Notes: a model not told the origin generated them from the letters alone. A stretch of 24,000 nucleotides of DNA from Altererythrobacter sp. (GCA_016793865.1 JAEULJ010000001.1:703496-727495), one strand, 5' to 3'. Shown: positions 7,241 to 15,451, counted from the first letter of the stretch. Made by a program: numbers and translations.

Positions 7241-8959
7241 GTGACCACCTTCACCCCTGCAACCGCCGACCAGCTTCTCGCCATCCGGGTCAACGCGGAT
7301 ATCGGGGAGCTGGCGCGCGACGAACGCTTTGCCGCCGCGGAGCCCGATCTCGTCGAGGCGATCGTGGAAGGCATCGGCCAGTTCGCGGCGGGAGAGTTCG
7401 CCCCGCTCAACCGCGTGGGCGATGTCGAGGGCGCAAGGCTGGAGAACGGCCAGGTGCGTCTCCCGCCAGGCTTTGCCGAGGCCTACGCCGCCTATACCGC
7501 ACAGGGCTGGAACGCCGTGGCCGGCCCCGAGGCGTTCGGCGGGCAGGGCCTGCCCTTCACCCTCGCCTGCAATGTGCTCGAGAACCTCGGCAGCGCGAAC
7601 ATGGCCTTCACGCTGTTGCCGATCCTTTCGGTCGGCGCGATCGAGGCGCTGGCGCATCATGGCAGCGCCGCGCAGCAGGCGCTTTACCTGCCCCGGCTGG
7701 TAAGCGGCGAATGGTCGGGAACCATGAACCTCACCGAACCCCAGGCCGGCAGCGACGTGGGCGCGCTGCGCACCTCCGCCGAGCCGGTTACGGATGGCGA
7801 GCACGCGGGGAAGTACCGCCTCAGGGGGACCAAGATCTTCATCACCTGGGGCGATCACGAGCTGGCCGGGAACATCGTCCATCTGGTGCTCGCCCGCCTT
7901 CCGGGCGCTCCGGCGGGGAGCCGTGGCATCTCGCTGTTCCTGGTGCCGAAGTATCATGTCGCGGATGACGGCAGCCTGGGCCCGCGCAACGATGTGCGGG
8001 TGGTGAGCCTGGAGCACAAGCTGGGCATCAACGCCTCGCCCACCTGCGTGATGAGCTTCGGCGACAACGGGGAATGCATCGGGGAGCTCATCGGGGCCGA
8101 GAACCGGGGTCTCGCCGCCATGTTCACCATGATGAACAACGCGCGGATCAATGTCGGCAACCAGGGCGTGCAGATCGGCGAGCGGGCGACCCAGCAGGCG
8201 CTGGCCTATGCGCGCGAGCGGGTGCAAGGCAGCCGCGACGGCAAGCCCACCGCCATCGCCGAGCATCCTGACGTGCGGCGAATGCTGCTTCGCATGAAGG
8301 CGCTGACCGAGGCTGCGAGGGCGCTCCTCTACTACACCGCCGGCCAGGTCGATCGCGGCGCGCTGGGCGATGAGGAGGCGGCGGCACGGGCCGAGGTGCT
8401 GGTGCCGTTGCTCAAGGCCTGGGGCACCGACGTGGGCGTGGAGGTCGCCAGCCTGGGCGTGCAGATTCATGGCGGCATGGGCTTCATCGAGGAAACCGGC
8501 GCGGCGCAGCACTATCGCGACGCGCGCATCGCGCCGATCTACGAAGGCACCAATGGCATCCAGGCCGCCGATCTGGTGACGCGCAAGCTCGGGCTCGAGA
8601 ATGGGGCGGCCCTGGCCGGGCTGATAGCGGACATCGCCCGGCACGGCGGCGAAGAACCTGCTCTGGCCGCATTGGCCCGCGCTTGCGGAGAGGTGTCGGG
8701 GTGGATGCGGGACACCGCCACGCTTGACGACCGGCTGGCGGGGAGCATGCCGTTCTGCACCATGCTGGCGGTGGCCACGGCCGGCTGGCAGCTCCAGCGC
8801 CAGCTCACCGCCTTCGACGGCAATCCGCCTCCCGCGAAGCTGGCCACGGTGCGCTTCTTCCTCGACCGGGTCGTACCGGAGGCGATCGGGCTTGCCGCGA
8901 GCGCAACGGCAGGCGCGGCAGGGCTCTATGCCGTAACGGCGGAAGAGCTCGCCGGCTGA
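7241..8959 (+). CDS. Large acyl-CoA dehydrogenase (about 570 aa class with extra C-terminal domain)
   Basis: TEPQAGSDVGALRTSAEP, GTKIFITWGDHE and IHGGMGFIEETGAAQHYRDARIAPIYEGTNGIQA are ACAD signatures. I prefer the GTG at 7241 after GGAAAG, because the longer ORF from 7142 overlaps the divergent tsaC gene. Confidence 0.85.
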   Translation: MTTFTPATADQLLAIRVNADIGELARDERFAAAEPDLVEAIVEGIGQFAAGEFAPLNRVGDVEGARLENGQVRLPPGFAEAYAAYTAQGWNAVAGPEAFGGQGLPFTLACNVLENLGSANMAFTLLPILSVGAIEALAHHGSAAQQALYLPRLVSGEWSGTMNLTEPQAGSDVGALRTSAEPVTDGEHAGKYRLRGTKIFITWGDHELAGNIVHLVLARLPGAPAGSRGISLFLVPKYHVADDGSLGPRNDVRVVSLEHKLGINASPTCVMSFGDNGECIGELIGAENRGLAAMFTMMNNARINVGNQGVQIGERATQQALAYARERVQGSRDGKPTAIAEHPDVRRMLLRMKALTEAARALLYYTAGQVDRGALGDEEAAARAEVLVPLLKAWGTDVGVEVASLGVQIHGGMGFIEETGAAQHYRDARIAPIYEGTNGIQAADLVTRKLGLENGAALAGLIADIARHGGEEPALAALARACGEVSGWMRDTATLDDRLAGSMPFCTMLAVATAGWQLQRQLTAFDGNPPPAKLATVRFFLDRVVPEAIGLAASATAGAAGLYAVTAEELAG

Positions 8960-8962
8960 GCG

Positions 8963-10417
8963 CTACTCGCGCGCGTAATCCTCGCGCCCGAAGGCCCCCC
9001 TCAGCCCGCTCAGCGCCTTGAGCGGCGGCAGGGCACGGCGCGGCGCACGTTCGATCGCAGGCGCGGATGCGGCCTTGGGGTCGATCACCCGCCACAGGAT
9101 CCCGGCGGTATCGTCGCTTACCAGCAAGGCGCCATCCTTGGCGAAGCTGACCCATGTGGGGCGGCCGCGAGTCGTACCCTCGCCCGTCAGGAAACCGCCG
9201 AGCACGGCAACCGGCTGACCCTGCGGATTGCCCCGCGCGTCGAACGGGACATAGACCACGTCATAGCCGGCGGGTGGGCTGCGGTTCCAAGATCCGTGCT
9301 GGGCGATGAAGGCACCCTGGCCGAAGCGCGTCCCCAACCGCGCCCCCTGCTGCGAGAACGCCAGCCCGAGCGGCGCCACATGAGGGCCGAGCGAATATTC
9401 GGGGCGCCGGGTATATTCCGTCATGAACTTCGGCATGCCGGACTTAACCCGTTGGTCTATATTATTTTTCCAGTAAACCCAGGGCCAGCCATACTGCGCG
9501 CCCACCGGCACGTTGGAAAAATAGTCCGGCACCAGGTCCGAACCGAGCATGTCGCGCTCGTTGACCACGGTCCAGAGCTCGCTCGACCACGGGTTCCATG
9601 CCATGCCATTGGCGTTGCGTAGCCCCGCGCCATACACGCGCCGCTCGCGCGTCTTCAGGTCGTATTCCCAGATCAGGGCACGGCCATCCTCCGCCGCCAT
9701 CCCCCGTTCGCCGATGTTGGAGGCCGAGCCGACCGCGACATAGAGCTTCGCGCCGTCCTCGCTCAGCAGCAGCCCGCGCATCCAGTGATTGCCGCCGGGC
9801 GCGAGGTCCATGAGCTTCGTCGGCGATCCGGCGAGCGCCGTCTCGCCCAGCCGATAGGGCCAGGCCCAAACCGCATCGTGGTTGGCGACGAACAGCACGT
9901 CGTTCGCCCAGGCCATCCCCGAGGGCGAGGCGAATTGCTCGCCCAGGACGAAGCGCCCCTCCGCCCGCCCGTCGCCATCGGCATCGCGCAGGAGAACGAT
10001 CCGGTCGGGCGAGGGGCCGCCGCTGCCGGCCTTGCTGAACAGGAACGCCTGCACCCGGGCGACCAGCCAGTTCTCCTTGCCGGGGGACTTTATCGCCGGC
10101 GCGCGCGTCAGCGCCACCAGCACATCGCCATTGGGCAGGGTGAACACGGTGCGGGGATGCTCCAGCCCTTCGGCGAAGCGGTTGACCACGAGGCCCTGAG
10201 CCGGCGCGGGCGCGGCTCCCGCAGCCCAGCCCACCGGCTCGGCGATGCGGACGGTCGGGATCGTCTCGCCCCGTGGCTGGGTCAGCTCGGGATCGGTCCC
10301 GGTGACCTTGGCCCAGGCGAGCTGCGCCTGATCCGGCCGCGTCAGCAGCCAGCCGGCGAGCGCGCCGACAACCAAGATGACGATAAGGCCGATGCCGATC
10401 TTCTTCGCGATGCTCAT
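8963..10417 (-). CDS. PQQ-dependent sugar (glucose/sorbosone) dehydrogenase family beta-propeller, N-terminally membrane-anchored
   Basis: The ATG at 10417 gives MSIAKKIGIGLIVILVVGALAGWLL as a TM anchor. The body matches the sorbosone dehydrogenase-like propeller (HPRTVFTLPNGDVLVA, GGNHWMRGL, NERDMLGSDLVPDYF, GWPWVYW). Confidence 0.8.
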   Translation of the reverse strand: MSIAKKIGIGLIVILVVGALAGWLLTRPDQAQLAWAKVTGTDPELTQPRGETIPTVRIAEPVGWAAGAAPAPAQGLVVNRFAEGLEHPRTVFTLPNGDVLVALTRAPAIKSPGKENWLVARVQAFLFSKAGSGGPSPDRIVLLRDADGDGRAEGRFVLGEQFASPSGMAWANDVLFVANHDAVWAWPYRLGETALAGSPTKLMDLAPGGNHWMRGLLLSEDGAKLYVAVGSASNIGERGMAAEDGRALIWEYDLKTRERRVYGAGLRNANGMAWNPWSSELWTVVNERDMLGSDLVPDYFSNVPVGAQYGWPWVYWKNNIDQRVKSGMPKFMTEYTRRPEYSLGPHVAPLGLAFSQQGARLGTRFGQGAFIAQHGSWNRSPPAGYDVVYVPFDARGNPQGQPVAVLGGFLTGEGTTRGRPTWVSFAKDGALLVSDDTAGILWRVIDPKAASAPAIERAPRRALPPLKALSGLRGAFGREDYARE

Positions 10418-10482
10418 GGCCGCATCGCTAGGCGCGTGGCGGGCTTGCGGCAATGGCGGTGCGCGCTACAGCGCCGGCCGCC

Positions 10483-10965
10483 ATGTTCGATTTCTCGCCC
10501 GCGCCCGGCCAGCCCAAGCCCGAACTCTATGCGGAGCTTCTCGCCGCCGCCGATGCCATCACCGCCGGCGAAGGCGACGCGGTGGCCAACATGGCCAATG
10601 TCGCGGCGCTGCTGGGGGAATTCCTTCCGCGTCTCAACTGGGCCGGGTTCTACCGCGCGATCGAGGGTGAGCTGGTGCTCGGGCCTTTCATCGGCCGTCC
10701 GGCCTGCATCCGCATCCCCTTTGGCAGCGGCGTGTGCGGCGCGGCGGCGGCCAAGGGCGAGACGCAACTCGTGCCCGATGTCCACGCCTTCCCCGGCCAT
10801 ATCGCCTGCGACGCGGCGAGCCGGTCGGAACTGGTCGTGCCGGTGCTGAGGGGCGGAGCGGTGGTCGCGGTGATCGATTGCGACAGCCCCGATCCGGCGC
10901 GCTTCGATGCGGAGGATGCGGCGGGGCTGGAAGCGCTCGCCACCTTGCTGGCGGAGAGGATCTGA
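10483..10965 (+). CDS. msrC: GAF-domain free methionine-(R)-sulfoxide reductase (YebR/MsrC-like)
   Basis: NWAGFYRAIEGELVLGPFIGRPACIRIPFGSGVCGAAA...DVHAFPGHIACDAASRSELVVPV aligns with my recollection of E. coli YebR. The start could be 10483 or 10453. Confidence 0.8.
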   Translation: MFDFSPAPGQPKPELYAELLAAADAITAGEGDAVANMANVAALLGEFLPRLNWAGFYRAIEGELVLGPFIGRPACIRIPFGSGVCGAAAAKGETQLVPDVHAFPGHIACDAASRSELVVPVLRGGAVVAVIDCDSPDPARFDAEDAAGLEALATLLAERI

Positions 10966-10976
10966 GCGGCAGCGCG

Positions 10977-13424
10977 CTAGTTGCGCCGCGCGACTTTGCG
11001 CCCGGAGGTCGCTGGCGCGCCTTCGCCCTCCACGATGATCGTGGGCCGGCAGATCAGTGGAGCATCCACTGCCTCGAGCATGGCCGGCTCGGGCAAGTCG
11101 ACCACGCAGCCGCGCCCCGCCGGACCGATCAGCAGCCGGTTGTTACCGCCCGCGGCGTTGATCTCGGCCATGCCGTCGAAGCCCACCAGCGAGGATTCGC
11201 CCGACGGGGCCGCCACCACCGTCAGCCCGGCCTCGACCGGCGCGCCCGCAGGGTCCACGACTCGCCGGATCACCGGGCGGAAGGCGACCACATCCATGTC
11301 GACCAGGGCGACCGCCCGCTTGGGCACGGCGATGACATGCTTGGCCTGGCGCACCATCGCATCAACCGGCAGCAGCTCGGTGTCCACGTCGAGGTGCATG
11401 GGGACCAGCGGAGTGAGGTTCTGGACCAACAGCCGGCCCCGCCCGTTGGTGCGGCCGACCACCCGGTTTTCGAGCTTGATGGCCACATCCGCCACCGTCC
11501 CGCTGCGCACCAGCGCATAGCTCCCGCCGGTCTGGCCGCGCGCATATAGCCCGCCACCCGCCACGATCAGCGTGCCGCGAGCATTGGCGCGGGCGGCGAA
11601 GTCGCCATTGACCTGTTCCATCTGCGCTTCGAGCGCGCTCGCGCGCCCGCGCCACAGCGCGCTGGCCATGACGCGCTGGTAATTGGGTGCTGCGTTGGCG
11701 GAGACGCGATAGCCGATATCGCCGATCTGCTGGTCGGTGCGCGAATAGCTGACCCCGGCCGTGGGCCGGCTCCCCTCGACATTGGCGTAGGCGCTCATGT
11801 GGTGCGGCGTACCCAGATTGACCGAAACGCCGATCGAAGCGAACAGCGTGTCGCGCCTGTCTCCGCGCCGCAGCCCTGCGGTCGCGAACATGTCGATTCG
11901 GCGGGAGAGCGGCGCGCGGAAATTGCCGCTCACCGTTTCCAGCCGCCGCTCGCCGGCGTTGATACGGGGGTCGGCGCGCGCGTCCTGACGGACATAGGCG
12001 AGTTGAAACTGCGTGTTCGGGCCCAGAATGTAGGACGCATCGGCGAAAAGCTGACGCGACGGCGGCAAATCGCCGAGACGGCTCGCGACGTCACGATAGG
12101 ACGCGCTGGGAAGTACGATTCCGCCACGAACGGAGAGGGTGCGGCTGATGGATTCGAGCGAAAACCGCGCCAGCGTGCCCGTGCCCTGCTGCTGGTCACG
12201 GCTGAAACGGCCCTCGGTGCTCGCCAGCGCGACATTACCGAGCGTGAAATCCGCGCGTGCGCCGAAATTGGCGAGGCCGGCGGTCGCCTCCGCGCTCGCC
12301 TCGAGCGTCAGAAACGGCGAAAGCCCGCGCCTCAGGAAGGCGCTGGCCAGAAGTTCCCCGTAATCGCTGCTTCGCTCGCCGTATCGTCGTCGGACGAACC
12401 CCGCGTTGACCGCGAACCCCGTTAGCCCGGGCCTCAACAGGGCGCGCGAGGTGTAGAAGCGCATGCTCTGGATCACTTCGCGGCCAAGTGCATCGCGCGT
12501 GACCACCGAAAACTCGCCGCGTCCGGTGCCCAGCGGCACGTTCTGGAGCGTGAAACTGCCCGGCTCCACATCACCCACGCGATAGCGCTGGTCGGCGGTG
12601 AGGATGTCGATGCTGGTGGGCACCGCCACCTGGCCCGAAAAGCTCGGGAGCGGGGTTGTCAGCAGATCGGGCCGCAATTCGAAGTTGGAGGCGATCTGGA
12701 TTCCGCCCATGCGCACCGCGCGCTGGGTCACGGTGCCGGCGCTGACGAAATCGCCGAGCGTGACGACCGTCCGATGCCGCGGCAGGTTCCACTGGAACAC
12801 GCTGTCCAGCCGGACCACCGGGTTGGTGCCCCGCGCGGGATTGCTGGTTGCGCGCAGGCTCGTGGCCAGCGCGATGTCGCCGCGAACCAGCGCGGCGTCG
12901 AACAACCCGCCGGCGGTGCGGCCGGACGGCGTGGCCGTGGCGGTAAGATCGTAATCGAGGCGCAGCGCCAGCAGCGGCGTCGTCTTGGCGAGATCCCAGT
13001 CGGGCTTCGACAGGTCGCGCAGATTGCCGCCTTCGTTGTGGCGCAGCAACCGGATGCTAAGGCGCTGGCGCAAGCTATCGAATTGCCACGTGTAAACGCT
13101 CAGCGCGGCGAGTCGTATCGGGCCGCGCGCACCCTGGGGCACGGGGAGGCCGGCGGCGGCGGCGTCCTCCGCCTCGATCGTCAGGTCGGGGCCGCGCCCC
13201 GCAAGGGTGACGAGGCGACGACGGACCGAGCCGTCGATCTCGATCTCGGAAAGGCCGGGGCCGGTCGCCTGCTCGGCGGCCTTGACGGTCACGCCGTCGG
13301 GAAGGGCGAAGGGGTCCCGGTCCTGCGCGCGGGCGCCTCCGGCCCACGGGAGGGACGCGGTGGCGATCAGCGCGAGGAGGGTTGCCCTGCCTCTGCTAGC
13401 CGCACGCGGGCGCAGCAATGCCAT
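10977..13424 (-). CDS. Fimbrial outer-membrane usher (archaic/sigma, SCPU-associated type)
   Basis: The product is 815 aa with a signal peptide (LLALIATASLPWAGGARAQD) and is beta-rich throughout. The C-terminal region carries a Cys pair (GRGCVVD...LICRP). It lies directly downstream of a PapD-like chaperone and SCPU pilins. Confidence 0.85.
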   Translation of the reverse strand: MALLRPRAASRGRATLLALIATASLPWAGGARAQDRDPFALPDGVTVKAAEQATGPGLSEIEIDGSVRRRLVTLAGRGPDLTIEAEDAAAAGLPVPQGARGPIRLAALSVYTWQFDSLRQRLSIRLLRHNEGGNLRDLSKPDWDLAKTTPLLALRLDYDLTATATPSGRTAGGLFDAALVRGDIALATSLRATSNPARGTNPVVRLDSVFQWNLPRHRTVVTLGDFVSAGTVTQRAVRMGGIQIASNFELRPDLLTTPLPSFSGQVAVPTSIDILTADQRYRVGDVEPGSFTLQNVPLGTGRGEFSVVTRDALGREVIQSMRFYTSRALLRPGLTGFAVNAGFVRRRYGERSSDYGELLASAFLRRGLSPFLTLEASAEATAGLANFGARADFTLGNVALASTEGRFSRDQQQGTGTLARFSLESISRTLSVRGGIVLPSASYRDVASRLGDLPPSRQLFADASYILGPNTQFQLAYVRQDARADPRINAGERRLETVSGNFRAPLSRRIDMFATAGLRRGDRRDTLFASIGVSVNLGTPHHMSAYANVEGSRPTAGVSYSRTDQQIGDIGYRVSANAAPNYQRVMASALWRGRASALEAQMEQVNGDFAARANARGTLIVAGGGLYARGQTGGSYALVRSGTVADVAIKLENRVVGRTNGRGRLLVQNLTPLVPMHLDVDTELLPVDAMVRQAKHVIAVPKRAVALVDMDVVAFRPVIRRVVDPAGAPVEAGLTVVAAPSGESSLVGFDGMAEINAAGGNNRLLIGPAGRGCVVDLPEPAMLEAVDAPLICRPTIIVEGEGAPATSGRKVARRN

Positions 13425-14181
13425 CGACCGCCTGGCCGTCGATCTGCGCGGTCACACGGACCGGGCCGAACGAGCAGCCGCCCCGGATCGGCCAGGCGAT
13501 GGTCGAGCTGCCGTGGACGTAGCGCAGGGCGTTGCGCTCCACGGGAACGATTCGCCCGTCCGCCGCCGTCACCTGGAGGTCGAGAACGCGCGCCGTCGCG
13601 CCGCCGGTGTTGGCGAGTTCGAGCCGGTCCTGCGCGATCCGCCACGCGAAGGCGGCAGGCGCGGCCTTGTCGCGATCGACGAATACCGGGAGGGTGAAGC
13701 GAATGCGCGTGAGGGCCTGGCCCGGTCGCGCAAGGGCCGGGTCCGGCAGCTGGTCGACAGCCAGCCTGAACCGCTTTTCGCCAGGTGTTGCCGCGCCCTT
13801 TCGCAGGATGCGGACGACTTGGGTCTGCCCGGCTGGTATCGAGGTGATGGAAGGCGAGACCGTGAGATCGCTGCTGGGGGCGTAAATGTCCTCGCCATCG
13901 GCCTGGCTCCAGGCGAACAGGCGGGACTGCACCGGCAGCGCATGATCCGAGGCATTGGTGAGTCGCACGGTCGCGCCGGCGCCGGCGCCCTCGATCTCGA
14001 CCCGCAGGGGGGCGATGCTGAGGCTGGCCGGGCCGGGCGCTGCCGGGCCCTCGTCCGTTTCCGCAGCCGCCGCAGGGGCATCTCCGGCGCGAGCCGGGCT
14101 GGAGGCGGGGGCGGCGGCGAGCGACAACCCGCCCGCGACGATGGCGGCGCACACGCGCGTGATCGAAGCGGAACGGGTCAT
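13396..14181 (-). CDS. Periplasmic pilus chaperone (PapD-like)
   Basis: It has a signal peptide. LRVEIEGAGAGATVRLTNASDHALPVQSRLFAWSQ and VSPSITSIPAGQTQVVRIL are typical chaperone Ig-fold strands. Its 3' end overlaps the usher start by 29 nt. Confidence 0.85.
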   Translation of the reverse strand: MTRSASITRVCAAIVAGGLSLAAAPASSPARAGDAPAAAAETDEGPAAPGPASLSIAPLRVEIEGAGAGATVRLTNASDHALPVQSRLFAWSQADGEDIYAPSSDLTVSPSITSIPAGQTQVVRILRKGAATPGEKRFRLAVDQLPDPALARPGQALTRIRFTLPVFVDRDKAAPAAFAWRIAQDRLELANTGGATARVLDLQVTAADGRIVPVERNALRYVHGSSTIAWPIRGGCSFGPVRVTAQIDGQAVDGIAAPACG

Positions 14182-14200
14182 CGTGGTCTCCAGTGGTGTC

Positions 14201-14659
14201 TTAGTAGGTGACGGTGATCGTCACCTGGTCGGCGTAGGCGCCGGCCGGCTTGGCGGTCTGCACCGGAACCACGCCGCGAATGCCCAGCGCCACGTCGGCA
14301 CCGGTGCCGGTGAACGACAGGCCAGCGGCCGGCCAGGCGGCGTTCGAAGCGTCGGTGATGTTGTAATCGATGAAGTTCGCGCCGCTCTTCAGCCGGCGCT
14401 GCGTGCCGTTGACGTTCGCGCCCGAGCTCACGGTTACCGTGGCGACCGCGTTGGGGGTGCACTTGAGCGTGCTGAGCGAGTTGGCGGTGCGCGCGGCGGT
14501 GAAGTCGCTGACCGAGCCGAAGTCGATGGCGGCGGTCGTCAGGCTGCAGGCGTTGTCCACGTTGAGCGTGACGTCCACGGTGCCGCTGGTGGTGGCGGCC
14601 TGGGCCGGCACGGTGGCCGCGGCGCCGACAGCGGCCAGGGCGATTGCAAGTTTACGCAT
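14201..14659 (-). CDS. Spore coat protein U (SCPU) domain pilin subunit, CsuA/B-like
   Basis: Signal peptide MRKLAIALAAVGAAATVPAQA. It has a Cys pair (NACSL...LKCTP), the motif GTQRRLKSG and the C-terminal donor-strand-like AYADQVTITVTY typical of the SCPU family. Confidence 0.85.
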   Translation of the reverse strand: MRKLAIALAAVGAAATVPAQAATTSGTVDVTLNVDNACSLTTAAIDFGSVSDFTAARTANSLSTLKCTPNAVATVTVSSGANVNGTQRRLKSGANFIDYNITDASNAAWPAAGLSFTGTGADVALGIRGVVPVQTAKPAGAYADQVTITVTY

Positions 14660-14788
14660 GATACTATGATCCCTTCAAGCTTCGACCATCAGGTCGAGCT
14701 AGTCAATCGCATTGATTTGTTGAGAAATGCCTAATACTTGCATCACTGACAACGCTATTTTCTGTAGAAATACTTAGCGGTCGTGTGG

Positions 14789-14804
14789 TTAACACGCAGT
14801 TAAC
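14789..14804. promoter_or_regulatory. CtrA-type box TTAA-N7-TTAAC (symmetric: GTTAAC-N5-GTTAAC)
   Basis: The sequence GTTAACACGCAGTTAAC matches TTAA-N7-TTAAC on both strands. It lies in the 197-bp AT-rich spacer about 130 nt upstream of the ATG of pilin 14201..14659. The motif is certain, but its function is inferred. Confidence 0.4.
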
Positions 14805-14856
14805 TGCATCACTACTTTTTTACGTGCAAACTGTCTTGTGCGAGTTGTAGTGATTT

Positions 14857-15357
14857 CTAGAAGTTTACTGTCACCGTCACTGTGTCGACGTAGGGTCGTG
14901 CCAGTACCATGCTGTTAGGTACGCGGCCGTAGGCGGTGAGGGTGACGTCGCCATTCGCGGGGGTGATACCGCTCACCACGTTTGCTGCGGCAGCCCCCCA
15001 GACCTGAGTGCGGGCGGCGTTGCGGTAGATCTCATAGGATACGTAGAGCGGGAAGCCGAGGAAACTGCCGCCATACATCCGGCGCTGGCCGTTGAAGTTC
15101 TGCCCATTGTCGATCGCGACGGTGTAGGCGACCGCCGGGCCGCACGACAGCCGGAGAGTGGCCGTTGTGTCGATCTGGCCGGAGAACAGGTTGGCCGCGC
15201 CGAAGCTGAGCGGAGCGGTATAGAGCCGGCAAGCGGTCTCAACCCGCAGGCGGGCGGTGGTGGTGCCGGCGAGGGTCTTGGCCGAAACGGCGGTCGGCGC
15301 CGCTGCAAGCACGGCGACCACCACCAACCATTTCGACAATCTGCCGGTAATCCTCAC
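14857..15357 (-). CDS. Spore coat protein U (SCPU) domain pilin subunit (first gene of the operon)
   Basis: GTG start at 15357. Signal peptide LVVVAVLAAAPTAVSA. It has a Cys pair (ETACRL...LSCGP), the motif NGQRRMYGG and the C-terminal YVDTVTVTVNF. GC content is visibly lower than in neighbouring genes. Confidence 0.8.
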   Translation of the reverse strand: MRITGRLSKWLVVVAVLAAAPTAVSAKTLAGTTTARLRVETACRLYTAPLSFGAANLFSGQIDTTATLRLSCGPAVAYTVAIDNGQNFNGQRRMYGGSFLGFPLYVSYEIYRNAARTQVWGAAAANVVSGITPANGDVTLTAYGRVPNSMVLARPYVDTVTVTVNF

Positions 15358-15451
15358 GCAGGAATTTCCCCATCCAAGACAGTCGGATTAGGCGAAAACA
15401 CTTACGGGATAATTAAAACCAAATTTTCCGCGCGTTAGTGATCTGTCGGGT

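Noticed and set aside
6352-8644. Long ORFs 6352..7968 (+, 538 aa) and 6647..8644 (-, 665 aa) overlapping tsaC and the acyl-CoA dehydrogenase gene.
   Set aside because: Both are out of frame with or antisense to genes carrying strong conserved motifs (Sua5, ACAD). Their products are Arg/Gly/Pro-rich low-complexity sequence without domains.
9455-9477. A locally AT-rich patch (TCTATATTATTTTTCCAGTAAAC) inside the PQQ dehydrogenase gene, possibly an insertion scar or internal promoter.
   Set aside because: It translates in frame as the conserved propeller segment WVYWKNNIDQ (Asn/Lys/Ile codons). Coding requirements explain it.
13207-14211. ORFs 13207..14211 (+), 13367..14152 (-) and 13569..14081 (-) overlapping the chaperone gene.
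   Set aside because: Only frame 13396..14181 (-) encodes a signal peptide and PapD-like strands. The others are Arg/Gly/Pro-rich alternate frames.
14784-14792. A DnaA-box-like TGTGGTTAA (one mismatch to TGTGGATAA) in the pilus spacer, which could hint at an origin element near parS.
   Set aside because: It is a single imperfect copy overlapping the CtrA-type box. There is no cluster of DnaA boxes or AT-rich unwinding repeats, and the spacer lies within an operon. Chance is the better explanation.
15413-15427. TTAA-N7-TTTT upstream of the first pilin gene as a second CtrA box.
   Set aside because: Only one half-site matches. In an AT-rich stretch a single TTAA is expected by chance, so I note it only as weak supporting context.
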